Positions 14,838 through 29,589 of a stretch of 64,000 bases of DNA are shown here, in pieces. The notes under the pieces were generated by a model that worked only from the letters and a program-made list of their open reading frames with translations, was not told the origin of the DNA and ran no database searches. Position 1 is the stretch's first letter. The number at the start of each line of letters is the position of its first letter. This DNA comes from the human T2T-CHM13v2.0 reference genome, Homo sapiens. The DNA is taken from the NCBI RefSeq assembly GCF_009914755.1, contig NC_060932.1. The stretch is one strand, 5' to 3'. The translations under genes were made by a program, and so were the position numbers.

Positions 14838-15170
14838 TGAGTTAGGGATTGGGAAAAAGGAATAGTTGGAACACAGAGGATTTTAGCGCAGTGAAACCAT
14901 TCTGTATGATATTATAGTGGTGGATACATGTCATTATACATTTATCCAAACTCATGTAATGTACAACACCAAGAGTGAACCCTAATGTAAACTATGAATT
15001 TTGGGTAATAATGACATGTCAATGTGGGTTCATGCATTGTAACACATGGACCATGCTGGTGGAGGATGTTCACAGTAAGAGATGTGCATGTTTGGGGGTA
15101 GAGGGTATATGGGAACTCTCTTGTAAGCCTAAAACTCCTTTAAGAAATATAGTTTATTTAAAAAAATAAT
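14838..15170 (+). mobile_element. L1MC1-like 3' end
   Basis: 'acacagaggatttttagcgcagtgaaaccattctgtatgat...gtacaacaccaagagtgaaccctaatgtaaactatg'. Confidence 0.85.
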
Positions 15171-16248
15171 GAAATGAACAGACAAAAAACAATATCATTT
15201 AATCCAAACATGTCTGTGGGCCAAAAATGGCTCCTAAGAAGCTGTTCAGACTTCTGATATGGTCTTTTCAGCCACACCAGAATTATGAGACATAGAGAAA
15301 AAGATCAAATTCCCCAGATTATAAAAATATGAAAAGGAAGTGGCCGAACTGCAACTCTAGCCTCCTGCTTTCTAGGTGTGAACACCTCCCTCAGATGTTA
15401 TCATCCCTGAGAAAATCTGCAGATAAAAATGTTATTCATTCTCGGTCACTTGTTTTTATACTAATGATAAAGCTCATTACCTGTTATTTTCCCTCAGTTT
15501 AAAGGTGCTTTCACAGTTCAAAGTAATATTATTTGACAGATAGAATGCATAATGGTAATTGGTGAATTCAATAAATATGCACTGTGGGCTGTACATTTTG
15601 TTGTTTACTGGTTAAAAGAAAGTAAATAAGAAACAGCTTGCCTTTAAAAATCCACATTTTAATGGTGGGAAAGTATATAAGCTAATATTATAATATTACC
15701 AAGTGAAAAATTCTAATTGCATGAATTGCAATATTTACTGTAAATAAGTACCTGTTACATGAATCATGATTAAGCATCTAACCCTTTAGGAGACATCAAG
15801 GATTCCCCCACTCCTTGAAGCTCAGACTTGTAAGGTATGTTTACATCTGTAAATGGCCCAAGTGTAACTCCCTGAAGGAACTGAGGAAATAGAAAATGAT
15901 TGAAACTGCAGCCCTTGGAGGCAAGGAAATATGAATATGAATCCTACAGTTCTCATTTACCAGAAGCAAAGCTTTGGGTATATCACTTAGAGTCCCTAGA
16001 CTTCATTTGACTCATCAGTACAATAGGACTTTAATATCTGTCTTCCAATGTGGTACTGAGTGTCAGATATAGCATGATAAGACACTTAATAAAGGGGCTC
16101 AGACTGGATGTTCGTAAAGACCAATACTCTAAAGTCTCAAAAACAGGTATGTGCCTTGTTAGAAAACTGGGAGTTCGGTGCATTGAGCTCTGCCACTTTG
16201 TTTTTTTATATGTCTGTTATTAACTTGTGGATCTTAAAGATTGATATA

Positions 16249-16808
<560 letters not shown>

Positions 16809-17179
16809 CTAGAAATATTCTCTTAAAATATGAAGCAATTTCTCCTGAAAGCACTCCAGAAGAAAATCAAATGCCCTGGCATATGGGGTGCTATTGAAAC
16901 ATGTGTTTGGAAAGTGGAGTGGAGAGCGGTCATTATCTATCTGTTGTAATTCTCTGTACAGAATACGTGGACCCCCGTGTTTCCAGACCCAGTCTTCACA
17001 GCCAGCATGTAGCTCAGCCATTTCCTAATGCACCCTTAGAAATTATATTAGGGGTTCTTTTCTGGAAAAGTAAAATGCTCCAGTGAAAAGATCTTGAGAT
17101 GCTGATATTTAGAGACTCACAAAGAAAGAGGATCTACTAGTGTGAGAGGCTTTTATTTAAGCCACCAGGAGAAGGCCTG

Positions 17180-18165
17180 ATCTGTCTTATGGTGTCCAAG
17201 GGTTTATTAGACTATTGGATGCTATTAGAGTCCAGTAAGTCAAGAGCTGATTTTAAAAGGGCACAAAATTATCTTGCTGTGAATGGAATGGCTTTCCTTC
17301 AGAATCCTGGGGGTTTGCATTGTGATTTCTCCACTTGGATTTGCCACAAGCTCCATATTCCTTTTCCTATAGCTTTTCCCTTTTTCCACTTTTTCCCATC
17401 ACTGACGCTTCCAACTCCACAGGATCTGCTGGTCACCCAGCTGTAGTGTCAGGGATGATTGTACTGTGCCTTATGCCTGCTGCCATGCCCTTTTTGTTGT
17501 GAGCCTTACTCAGAGATGTCAGCTTTCTGTGTCACCGGGTGACAATATATCTGGAACAATATTCCTAGATGTGGAATGTCTTGATTTTAGAAGTCAAAGA
17601 GGCCATCCAGGTGCCATGCTACCTACTTTATGGTAGGTGATGCAAGATGCAGGTGACATTTTGGAAGGAGTATCCTGTCAAGACTCCTGAACTTGACCAC
17701 TAAAACCTTTACTGAATATTCCTGCAATCTATCTCCCATCCTCTGGAGCATCTTCAGTCTCCTAGCTAATGCTTGCTCCACCTGTCCATTCACCATGACA
17801 CAATCAAATGAAGTGGATCAGTGTAACACGCTGTGAGGTGGTCCAGATGTTATTTGGATATCATAACAGAGGGTGGGTGAAGTAATGTAACCTTGAGGCA
17901 GTACTGTACATTAATCTTGCTGTCTGTCCATATGAATACAAACTGTTTCCAATACTGTTTTCTAGTTGCAATGGAAAAGACTGCATTATCAGATCATGGC
18001 CACATGCCATGTACCTGAGGCCTTGTTCGTCACTCCAGCTCTGATACAATGTCTAGCACAGTAAGCGCAGCCACTCCTTGATGACAGATGTGGAGGTGGA
18101 GGTCTATAGTCATTCTCCAGGACCTGCTCCATTTCTGTAGGGGCCAGAATGGTGAAATAAACATT
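17180..18165 (-). mobile_element. ancient ERV-L internal pol fossil (reverse transcriptase plus downstream tether/RNase H-like region), frameshifted
   Basis: Manual minus-strand translation across frameshifts gives FISPFWPLQKWSRSWRMTID, ASGTWHVA, NAVFSI..KQFVFIW, TVLPQGYITSPTLCYDI (LPQGY at 17887-17901), RGWEI, LHLASPTIK..GLFDF*NQDIPHLG, IWSLWQ..PPGF*RKA and DNFVPF*NQLLTYW. These are colinear with HERV-L Pol motifs. Confidence 0.88.
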
Positions 18166-18239
18166 CAGAAAATTGCTAGATTAGATAGAAACTAATATCA
18201 CAAAATATTTGAAAATGTGGGGATCCTTTTGCTCTTCTT

Positions 18240-18495
18240 TGCTGAAGGCTTGACTGGAGCTGGAAGATCCACTTCTGTGTGGTTTACTACTCAGATCAGA
18301 CTCATTTTTGGCAGCTGGGATTATTTCCTCTGGAAGTCAACCTCTTCATGCCATGACAGCTGGCTTCCCCCACAGAGAGTGGTGAAAGAAAGAAACAGAG
18401 ATGCAAGGAGGGAGTTACAGCCTCTTATGACTCAGTCTCAGAAGTCACAATGCCACTTTCACTTTTTCCACATTCTGTTCATTAGAAATGAGTTT
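18240..18495 (-). mobile_element. MLT1 (F/G/H-like) LTR fragment
   Basis: 'ggcttgactggagctggaagatccacttc...catgacagctggcttcccc...tcagaagtcaca...cacattctgttcattagaaatgagt'. Confidence 0.7.
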
Positions 18496-18738
18496 CATCA
18501 GAATGAGGAAAGAAAATGCACAAACCCCCGCTGTGAATTACCAGGTGTCCTGGATGTGTCAGAATTTGATATGCCTGTTGTAACAACCTCAGGGGAAGGA
18601 ATTCGGCTCCTCAAACTTTTGATGTTATGATTGTCAAAGGACTGTGGTGCATTTCCAAACCACCACACACACTAACAGTGTAAAATTTCAAATGAAGCTT
18701 CAGACCTCTGGACTTAGAATACAGGTCTCTCCACTCAC

Positions 18739-18803
18739 CAAGAAGAGCATTACCAGGAGACACCCTCCCTCACACTGTGTGGATTTACCTTGGCTTAAGT
18801 GTG
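18739..18803 (-). ncRNA. candidate non-coding exon (65 nt)
   Basis: Minus acceptor 'tttatttttttccttcag' (AG at 18804-18805) and donor TTG|GTGAGT (GT at 18737-18738). An alternative donor AAG|GTAAAT lies at 18787-18788. Confidence 0.28.
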
Positions 18804-19619
18804 CTGAAGGAAAAAAATAAACAATAATGAAATAATTCATTCTACTTGAAAGTGCCCATCAAGAGTTTCTGGAAAGACGTTCATTTACCTGAACAGCTTA
18901 TACACCAGAAAGAAATTTGTTGCCTGTTCTCTCTGTAAGTTTGTGTGTGCAGGTTCTAGATTTACTACCACAAATATTGCCAATGGAATTTAAGGGAAAC
19001 CAACATATATGAAGAAAAATAAAACTCTACAACCTTAAGGGTCCTTCAGTATTGATATACTGTCTTAGGAAAGATATCTCAAACTGTGTGCCAAAAGATA
19101 GTAATATGTATCAAAATGGAGTGAAAAATCTCATTTAAATGGTTTACCAATAGATTCTGTAACAAAACAAAACATTTTATTAGCGTTTTTAAGTGAATGA
19201 CTTATCATAGATTTTTATATTTTGATTGAATTTTAAATTTTCATCAACACAATAAACAACTTATATTCTATAAAATGCCTTTGACTCTGGAATCCTATTT
19301 TGCAGGACACTTATTAATGCACTTGGAGAAATTCTAGTTTGAGTATGAGACAACCTTGAATTCGAAAACACTTTACAGTTTAAGTACCTCTTTGTGGACT
19401 TGGCATGTGTAGACCCCTGTTGTTTTCACTACTGCAGCTGGCAATTTCTAAACATCTTACCTATTCCAATTACGGGCTGATTCCTGGAGATATTTTAGTG
19501 TGCACCCTATAACTTACGTGTTTCAATAAGTGGTGGCTGAATTTAAATATTTCAAGATATCTCATAACCTAATAATTGCAAAATAGTCTCACTTTCAGAT
19601 AACTTAGAGTTTCATAAAT

Positions 19620-19850
19620 GAGCATGGCAGAGTAAAAAGTAGAAGGAAACCTGGACTCGGAGAGTAAAAGACATGAGCTAGAGAGACCCATTTTTGCTTC
19701 TTGTGAGCTTATGATTGCTTCACTTAACTTCCTAAACCTACATTTTCTTTTCTGGGAAACAGGTTAAGTAATCTCCATCCTGCCTGTTTCATCAGGATCA
19801 ATGGAGATAATGCACAAAAACCATGAACTGCTAAGTGTTCTGTATGTTTC
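19620..19850 (+). mobile_element. MIR (MIRb/c-like)
   Basis: 'tcacttaacttcctaaacctacattttcttttctgggaaacagg...ggagataatgcac'. Confidence 0.6.
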
Positions 19851-19897
19851 GGAAGTTAGCAGATGCCTGCTGATACAATGTGTTGAATAGTTCTTAC

Positions 19898-20222
19898 GGT
19901 TAGACAGCATCATTAATCGAACAAGACGTGAAATACGATTCATAAGCGGATAGAGAACTTTGCTTTCCACGTGGCCCACACACCCGTGGCAAACAATTTC
20001 TTCAGCAGCGTCTCTGTCTTAAAGTATTGAAGGATGTGTCAGTGGATTTTGTGAAATAAGCCAAGAATTAAATGCCTTCTGCTGTGGCTGAATTTTGGTA
20101 TTAGGCTTCTCTTTTGATTGGATCAAGGGATGATGAGTATCTCTGTAGAGAACAATGAATAAATCACACACCATTCAATAACTGCCAATTCTATCCAGAT
20201 GCCTCGCTTTCAGATATGTCAG
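19898..20222 (-). ncRNA. candidate non-coding exon (325 nt)
   Basis: Minus acceptor CATTGACTTTTCTTCTTTTGTTAG (branch-like TTGAC, pyrimidine tract, AG at 20223-20224) and donor ACC|GTAAGA (GT at 19896-19897); unique sequence between two MIRs. Confidence 0.33.
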
Positions 20223-20424
20223 CTAACAAAAGAAGAAAAGTCAATGCTATATTTATTAATTCTGATTTCTTTCTCAGAAGACATCTGAAATATGGCTTAG
20301 ATTTCTGGTAGAAAATATATCTAGATAGAGCTAGCTAGCTAGTTAGCTAGATATAAATATAGAAAGACATTTTAAATAAATAAATGAAGGATTCTTATCA
20401 TTTAAAGAAATACAACAATATCCT

Positions 20425-20660
20425 CTGGAGTTAGAGACACCTAAGATTGAATCTCAAATTTACCACTTATTAGCATTATATCCTAAGATAAACAATTTAA
20501 CATTTTGAACCTCAGTGTCCTTAAAGTATAAAATTGGTTGCAGTAATACTACCTACTCATAAGGTTATTGTGAAAATTGAATGGGATAAAACATATGAAT
20601 TGCCTGGCGCCATACCTAACATACAGAAAACCCGCAGGTACTGTTAACAATTATTAGTAG
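20425..20660 (+). mobile_element. MIR SINE
   Basis: 'tctggagttagagacacctaagattgaatctc...gaacctcagtgtcc...aaggttattgtgaaaattgaatggga'. Confidence 0.75.
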
Positions 20661-21758
20661 TAGAAGTGCAGTGTTGTATGCGTTGATAATTAAAACAGTA
20701 TCATTTGCCTTCAAAGATATGTCAGACTGTGGGATACCAAGATAGGAGGAAGGATGACCAAATGTATTTTAAGGTGTAATGTGATATGCTGCAGTTAAGG
20801 CACCGTGGTACAGTGAATGAAAGATATGGTGATTCTGAGAAGAGAATCAGAGAAGCCTCCCAGTGAAGATAACATTGCTGATGTGCGTTCAATGAAAAGG
20901 AAGATTTCAACAAGTGTCTCTGTATAATTTAGGCTTATTTCCAATGTGTCATTTTATAAACAGCATGAAATATGGATTCAGACAGTTGTGGATTACCTTG
21001 AGAAATATTTGTTTTTATTATTCTGCAGATGTCTATTAAGTCAGACACTTGGGTAGCCACAAGGAATAAAACAGTAAATGGAATGTTATTCGTGACCTAC
21101 CAGGAGGCTGTAATCTAGGGAAGGAAAAAGGCCAATAACCATAGGTGGATAAGTGTAGGGGGACCATATATCACCAAAAACAGGTACTTCTGAGTATGGA
21201 AGTGGGTAACTATCAATAATTCCACCAGCACTTAAAGCATATACCAAGTTTGTTCTCAGCAAACTGGAACTCACTGTAAACCTAGGCAAATGATTTGAGA
21301 TCTCTGTAAGTACTACAGGAAGACAATGATAGAACCAACTCAGTGTGGGCAGTGGGCAGGCAAAAAAACTGAGGAAGTTTGTACCGCGTTTTAACAACTA
21401 GGAGTTCACGAGGCAGGAAAGAAATGGAGTCCAGCCTATGGAATGACACAAAGTTATGAAACCCAGTGGTGTGTGTCAGGATCCACAGACAGGTTCATGT
21501 GACTAAAATGTATAATTAAAGGGAATTGGCAAGACATCAAAATAAGATACTTAGCAAAAATAAAATAAAGCAAAAAACTTGAAGAACTAAAGCAAACATT
21601 GTTAATAATACAAAGCTAGTAAAGGCAAATCTCTCGTTGACGCCTGAAACAATTCAAAGGGCTGGCTAACTGCACTTCTCAACATTATCTTTACATCTGT
21701 GCGCGACAGCTTAGAACTCACTGCTGTGGGGTATTGAGTAAAACATAAGGTTGGTGCC

Positions 21759-22156
21759 TGCTATAGCTTGAATGCGTGCCCCAAAGTTTATGTGTTAGAA
21801 ATTTAACCCCCAATGCAACATTGCTGAGAGATGGGAATTTTAAGAAATGATTATTTCACAGTGGTTCTGTCCTCATTAATGGACAAGTGGCATTATCTTG
21901 GGAATGGATTAATTATCACAGGAGTGGAGGCCTGATATAAAAAGACAAGTGTTTCTACCTTTGTCTCTTGCTCTCTCACATGCTCTTTTCCCCTTCCATC
22001 TTCCACCATGCAGTGGTGCAGCAAGAAGGTCTTTCCCAGATGCCGGAACCTTGATATTGGACTTCACAGCTTTCAGAGCTGTGGGAAATAAATTTCTTTT
22101 CTTTATAAATTATTTGGTCTGTGATATTCTGTTACAGTAACACAAAGACTAAGACA
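21759..22156 (+). mobile_element. MST-family solo LTR (MSTB/MSTD-like)
   Basis: TGCTATAGCTTGAATG ... 'aataaatttcttttctttataaatt' ... GACTAAGACA. Confidence 0.88.
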
Positions 22157-22182
22157 GTGGTTATTCTGTTGTTTGTTTGGCT

Positions 22183-22183
22183 T

Positions 22184-22230
<47 letters not shown>
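22183..22230. repeat. (TTTA)n microsatellite
   Basis: Uninterrupted TTTA run. Confidence 0.95.
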
Positions 22231-22378
22231 TTTTACCTCCCATGGCATTTGGCAGATTCTGGAAAACCCCAAAGGCTCATATTACACTTCCTTCTCAGTA
22301 GTAATGAAATTGCACAAGACTGCTAAGCTCCTCTCCGCATGTACATTTTTAGGTAGCTGAAATGGCATGCAGACTTAC

Positions 22379-22478
22379 CTTGTGTTACTTCTTCACAACA
22401 GCGAAGATACCGATGTGTCCTCTGAGAACTGAGAAAGAAACATCTAGTCAGCAATATGCAAGGCTCCAGATAAGAAGT
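22379..22478 (-). ncRNA. candidate non-coding exon (100 nt, or 50 nt with internal acceptor)
   Basis: Consensus donor AAG|GTAAGT (GT at 22377-22378). Acceptors 'cttctctttccag' (AG at 22479-22480, long pyrimidine-rich tract to ~22540) and 'tttctttctcag' (AG at 22429-22430). Confidence 0.38.
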
Positions 22479-23258
22479 CTGGAAAGAGAAGTTTATTAAA
22501 GGAGAAAAAAGTCAAGAAACAAAAAAGAATAGAAAAATCAGCAACTTCTAAAGAAACTTTTGCTTTTCTTTTCTCTGCAGGGGCTTCCCCAACTCTTGGA
22601 AAGTTCAAAAGTATATTGATTCTGTCTTTCTGTCCAGAGAATCTCCATGTAGTTCTAAGGCTGAAAATCAGACTCAACTCAACTACAGGGAAAAATAATG
22701 ATAGTATTTAACCAGTTTGAAACTTAGCATATTCATATGTAATTTGGGTCTAATTAAGTGCATGCTACAGATTTGATTTCTGGATTATCTGAAATAACAT
22801 ATATAAAGCAGTTGATAAAATACATGGTATACTTAGTATGTGCTTAAGGCATTTATTTGATTCTCTTATGGCCTGTCCTGTTAGCAGTTTATAATTGAGG
22901 CTTGTGCATCCACCTCCAAGAATATAGAGAACTTGATGGTCCCTCATGAAAATGTTTTTGATAAAAACTGACTGTCTTGTTTTCAATAAGACAGATGTGG
23001 AGATTATTACAAGATGCTTAGAGAGGCAACTTTGTGTCACAGAAATTCACACTGACCTATTACTTAAAAGTTCTGGGTTTAGGTCTTGGCTCTTCTGCTA
23101 AATAATTTGGGGTCATAGGTAAGATCTCATCTTTCGAATTCTCAGATTCTTCATCTATAAAATGAACATATTTCATTGGAACGGAATTTTCAAAAATGTT
23201 TGTCAAAGTCTGCTACATAAGTTAAATAATTTTGGAAAGTATTAAAGAAGTTTATTTT

Positions 23259-23568
<310 letters not shown>

Positions 23569-24216
23569 TTATTTCGTGTTGGACTTGTAAAAGCATTTAA
23601 AATGTATTGCTGCATACTCTCATTCTTCAGGAGAAATATCTATTATGAGCACCCCAGTAAATTTCATTGCATAATTCTCTATCACCAACCCCCACCCCAT
23701 TTTGAGAGTATCTTGAAACAACTGGTAGATACTTTTGGAATTGCCGGATGGAAAACCTCCAAAGGCTGACATGAAGGCTATGAGTGATACAGTGAGAAGA
23801 CCATGTGACCTGCATATTTTTTTCTTCGGAATTGTCTATTATACCTAACACTGTTTTTTGAATTTCTTTGAAGATCAGTTTATTCATGTGGTTAGAGTCC
23901 TACCACATCATGTTACTCACTCTTGAGTTTTGCAGTATGGAGAGGATGTTTATGTTGAGATACGTGGAGCAGGAACTCAAGTTTAGCGTCAGCCTAGAGA
24001 GGTGGCTCAACAAGGGAACGGGAGTGGTATACTGATAAAGGCCTGGGTCTCTGTCTCTGAGTCACACAGACTGGGGATGAAATCCTGAACCTATTAATCT
24101 TTTCAGCTAATTTTCTTCTCCATCTTATAGCGTTATTGTGAGAATTATTAATAAATAGAGTATAACTCGTCATGAGAAGGCAGGCCATGTTGCACTTTAC
24201 AAACAGCTCCTAAGCA

Positions 24217-24861
24217 TAGTTAATCTTCATTTTGTGGATTCTGTATTTGTGAATTGGCCTACTTGCTAAAATTTATTTATAGCCTAAAATCAATAGCGTG
24301 TTTTAGTGTTCATTCATAGACATGCATGGGACAACAAAAGAATGGAGTCACCCAATGAGCACATTTCCGACTAAAGTCTATCAAGGCCATGCTCTGTCTT
24401 GTTTCAGCTCTGACACTGTAAACAGTGCCATTTTCACTGTCTGTGTAGCGTTGCTGTTTTTGCATTTTTTTATATTTTTGGCTTTGTCATTTCACTTTTA
24501 AAAAATGACCCCCCCAGTATAGTGCCGTACTGTTACCTAGTGTTTCTAATTTCAAGAGGGGTATGGTGTGTGTTATGGAGAAAATATGAGTCTTAGATAA
24601 GCTTTGTTCAGGCATGATTTATAGTGCTGCTGGCTATGAGTTCAACATTAATGAATCTACCATATATTTAAATAGAGTGTCTTTAAACAAAATTACACAG
24701 GAAACAAGGTTACGTATTGATCAGTATAAAGATGTTGTGAGCAGGGGCTTGCAGACACCTAACCATGTATTTCCCCTAGGAACAATGGTTCAATATTCAC
24801 TAATTCAGTGTTTATGGTGACTTTTTAGGACATAATTACCATGAATAATGAGAACAAACTA
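24217..24861 (-). mobile_element. MER82-like TcMar-Tigger DNA transposon
   Basis: 'ttagataagctttgttcaggcatga...gtatttcccctaggaacaatggttcaatattcactaattcagtgtt...aataatgagaacaaact' matches the reverse complement of MER82 as recalled. Confidence 0.8.
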
Positions 24862-25007
24862 TCTTAAATAGAGATTGTTTTGTGCTCATATTTTATGAGA
24901 GTGGCTGTGGCTGACAGAACTCTGATATTAAAAATGCTATAGGTCCCATGACTGAGGAAAAGAGAAATCTTGATAGTACCAGATTACTAATTGAAATACT
25001 CAGTGGG

Positions 25008-25320
<313 letters not shown>

Positions 25321-25944
25321 AATGCTCAGTGGGGAAACTGGCTACACCCAAACCCAAAGGTATCTGAAAGTATAATTCAGTTATGGGCTCTAAAGTGCTA
25401 ACCATTGTAAGTATTCAACAGGCAACACTAACATGTGCTGGGCCTAGGACACTCAGGATATCGTGTTCACTTAAGGCATAGCTCTTGCTGTTTGGCTTGG
25501 AGAGTAGGGCCTGGGAAGAGTAAGTCAAGTGGGAGAAAAGAGAATCTCGAGCTGATAACATGCTCAAAGCTTGGAGCTAACCATGGCTCCCCTCTGTGTG
25601 TCTTGTACCTCATGGCCAATCCAAAAAGGCACTCTCACATACAGAGAGGCAACAAACAAAGAGGCAGATATAGAGATACAAACATACAAAATGAACAAGT
25701 GCATTTATAGTTAGAAAACTATCAAATGTTTTAAAATGAAAAATGAATCAATACTACAGGTGGTCATATTGTTGTATTCAAAATATTTTTATTCTCATGT
25801 TTAATGAATTTATTTTTTCTTAAAATGTTAAAATGCAAGGATTATATGAAATACATAAAGGATGACTTATTTTTCTAATCAAATGTCTAACCTAATTAAA
25901 AAAAAAAAGAAATGTGCTTTAAAGAATGGCAGCTCTAATTAGGG

Positions 25945-26031
25945 ACAAAAGAAGAAGATGAAAAAAGAGGAGGAGTTGGAGGAGGAAAAGGAGAAGAAAG
26001 AAAAAGTGGAGGGAAAAGAGGAGGAAGAGGA
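25945..26031. repeat. GA-rich low-complexity tract
   Basis: Almost pure purine strand (gaagaagatgaaaaaagaggaggag...). Confidence 0.8.
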
Positions 26032-26652
26032 TTAATAGAATGATGTTTAATATGTAGCATTCAATGCATAAAACAGGAATATATATATATATAATTTAAT
26101 CTATTACTCAAAACGCCAACATAAACTTCTAGGGAGGGATGGAGTCATGAGCAGACCCAGCCTCTGTGTACTCCACTATTAACCTACAATTCTTTCAAAA
26201 TGTTTGAACTCAATTTAATCTATTCATCATACTTTATTTTTTAATTGAGAGTCCTAATTTTTATACCTTTTTATTTAGATTTTTCTGTATATATAACTGT
26301 GTTACAATGTACAGAATTTTAATTTAGGATGAACAGCATAGAACAGCTATTTCTGCATATGTCTTATAGGTAGGTTAACGCATATACTTTTGGGGTTGTC
26401 AGCGTTCAAGACACTTCTCCTTTCTCTCTGGAAACCACGATGGCATTGTTTTATGAACCTTACAGGGAAAATGGAGCCTTTTAATTTTATTTACATTTTA
26501 TTTTCACCCCAATTGATAAACCTCGATTTGATCAACCAGCTGTTATCTGAATAATTTTCAAATGATTCAATAATCCAAAGTTGTCCGTGGAGAGTATCAC
26601 CTCTTGGTGTGGGACACCTGGATGCTACTGTGTGTATTGTGCTCCTTGGGGA

Positions 26653-26937
<285 letters not shown>

Positions 26938-28339
26938 CTGAGGATCAATTTTTATAAGAGAATTTCTCCTGTTATACTTCTCCCTCTTTGCTAGCCTCTA
27001 TAGGGTCCTATGTGGTAGGACAGCGATTTTCTAGAAGATTCTAACCATAGTAAAATACCACTTTTAATATAACTCAATAATATATGAAAGAAAGGGAAAT
27101 TTCTGAAGTAAAGAAGTGATAGTGGCGATGCAGAAAAGTAGGTTTTTAAGTTTTAAAGAGTAGGATCCACAGGAATTAGGGAAGATTATAGCATATATGG
27201 CTTTTAGCTATTCATAACAGAAGCTAAATCGAGCTAGGGGAAAATATTTAAGGAAGCAAGCAATGTTGAATTCAATTTTGGGTCACATTTCTCAAATTTT
27301 ATAAACTCCATATGAAAACGCTTGGAATATTTCCACAGATAAGATACGAAAATCAGTTAGTTCTGTCTTCCTCACGTAAATCAGCATCTTTCAGCTGGCG
27401 TCTCTCACTGCGGGCTTCTCATTGATGACTCCAGGTAAAGTTGAAATTGACCTGTTATTTAAAAAAAAAAAAGTTTCACAATAGAGCCAAAACTCTCAAG
27501 TCATTGCTTAGTGCATGCCCTTTTCCCCTAAATTTTGAGTGCTTGGGACATCTATGTTTTGTTATGAGAAGGAAGAGCTGAAAAGTCAGGGACTTTTACT
27601 AACTTGAGACAGTCCCAGAAGTGAAAATTATGGCACAATCACATGCAGGCACTAGAAGGTTTTCCCTGGTGTATTAATGCAGGGGCTGATGCACAGAGAC
27701 TCTGGAGGAAGAGCGAACAGAAAAGGCCCACAAGCTATACCACAGGTACTGTGATCCTGTGCCCTTTGCATTCGACTGTCCTGGTTCCAGTATGGCAAGA
27801 GGCATTAATAGCATCTTTTTAAACAAGGACCTTCAGATCACACAGAGTGAACAGCTAGACTTTGATATTGTACACCCTTGATCTTCAGGGGATGATAATG
27901 CCAGAGTTAAATAAGCTTCCCATTCCCCAACCCAAAACAGCATGGGTGAAGAGACTTTTAAAAAGGAAGGTGTCTTTTTGAAAGTGCATAATATGCAGGC
28001 GCTCAAGTGACTCTCTTTTATGTGTCTGAGGAGCTTTCTGATATCATTAACACACTCTGGTTTAGATATTGGTCTGGAATTAAATGCTTCTCCCAGAATC
28101 CTCTTTTTTTGCAGTCCGTCACTTCACTTACAGGGCAACAGGAAAAGAAGGAAACATAAATATGCTTAGAGTCTGTAGTGAACAAGGTATTCATTTCTCA
28201 AATCTCTTTCTTACATGACTTCTCACTTAATGCCTTAAAACTGCCTTATAAGAAATTCAGCTAAGTTGGTAGAATAGATCATTTGTAATCAGAGACTCAT
28301 AGATTCAAGTCTCCTTTCAGTGGATGTTTCCTTTTATAG

Positions 28340-28610
28340 GCACTGTAACACAGCGGCCAAGAGCACTGATGGCAGAGCCAGATAGCCTGGCCTTGAACGC
28401 TGGCTCTACCTTTTACAGCTGTGCCATCTTATACAAGTTGCTCATTTTTTCTGTAATTCACTTCTCTCATCTGTAAAATAGAGTTGGTGCTATTAACCTA
28501 TCTAATAGGATTGCTACATAATTTAAATGAGTAAATACATGTAAAGTGATTATAACAGTGCCTAGCAAATAGAAAGCTCACAGAAACTGTTGCTATGATT
28601 ACTATTTAGT
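28340..28610 (+). mobile_element. MIR SINE, near full length
   Basis: 'ccaagagcactgatggcagagccagatagcctgg...ctcatctgtaaaatag...acatgtaaagtgattataacagtgcctagca'. Confidence 0.8.
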
Positions 28611-29589
28611 TCTATTTGATATATAGGGAAACATAACGTCTCAAAGAAGAGTCATAGCTAGCCTGAGGTCATAGAGTTAGTAGGAATTGGATGAGCCAAG
28701 ATTCAGAGCTAGATCTAACAGAGTGTGCCCACTACCAAATTAAAAAGAAGGAAAATATACAAACAAAAATAAAACCAGCTGCTTTTCTTCTCCCTGGTAG
28801 CTAAATTGAGTTTTGAAACCATGCCAACTGTAAAATGCTGAGGTTCACTAAACACTTATCCAATTTAAACTTATTAGCAGAATTAGTTGTCTATGACTTC
28901 AATAGGAAGTGATTATTAAACCCATAATTAATGAGACATAACACCCTGTATTTAAAATGTAAAGACATCTATGGCACTGAAAGTTAGAGGAGCATCTGGC
29001 TGCCTTCTGGGGATGAACGACTGACACCTCAAACTTATTAAAAATGTGGAGTGGTCGTGGGCCACCACTGATCAGCAATAGGAAAGACTGATGGACGTTG
29101 ATGTTCCTGACACACTAAGAGCTGGCCCCTGCCTTAATCAGATATCCTATTGTTTTCAGGTTCAACCAACCATGCTCTCTTTAAAAAACGTCCTGGGACA
29201 AAGAGATACTAAAATTTAAAATATGAATAGTAGCATAAGTAAACCTTTACTGAACAACATAGTATTTTATTTGTACTGTAACATTTACTGCATGTAACAG
29301 CCCACCATGGATATTTGTTAAGTATTATAATTTTACAAATATATAAAATAAGAATTAGAAAGAAGGTATAATTGCCCTGTGGCTATTCATAGTAAGTGAC
29401 AGCTGGCAGTATAACCAATGCATAACTTACAATAAAATGCCTCTCTTAACCACTCCCTCATTCTGCTTCTGAGAACTAAGCTTTCAGACTTTAGAGAATG
29501 TTGATGGCCAGTTTAAAGATACATGTGAACAAAACCACAGCGAAGCTGCTGAGGCTCAAAGTAGAGCGATGACTTACTAATAACTTAAT

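Noticed and set aside
27376-27453. Possible small exon near a few CpGs
   Set aside because: Splice-like motifs occur on both strands with weak donors, so neither direction nor reality can be supported.
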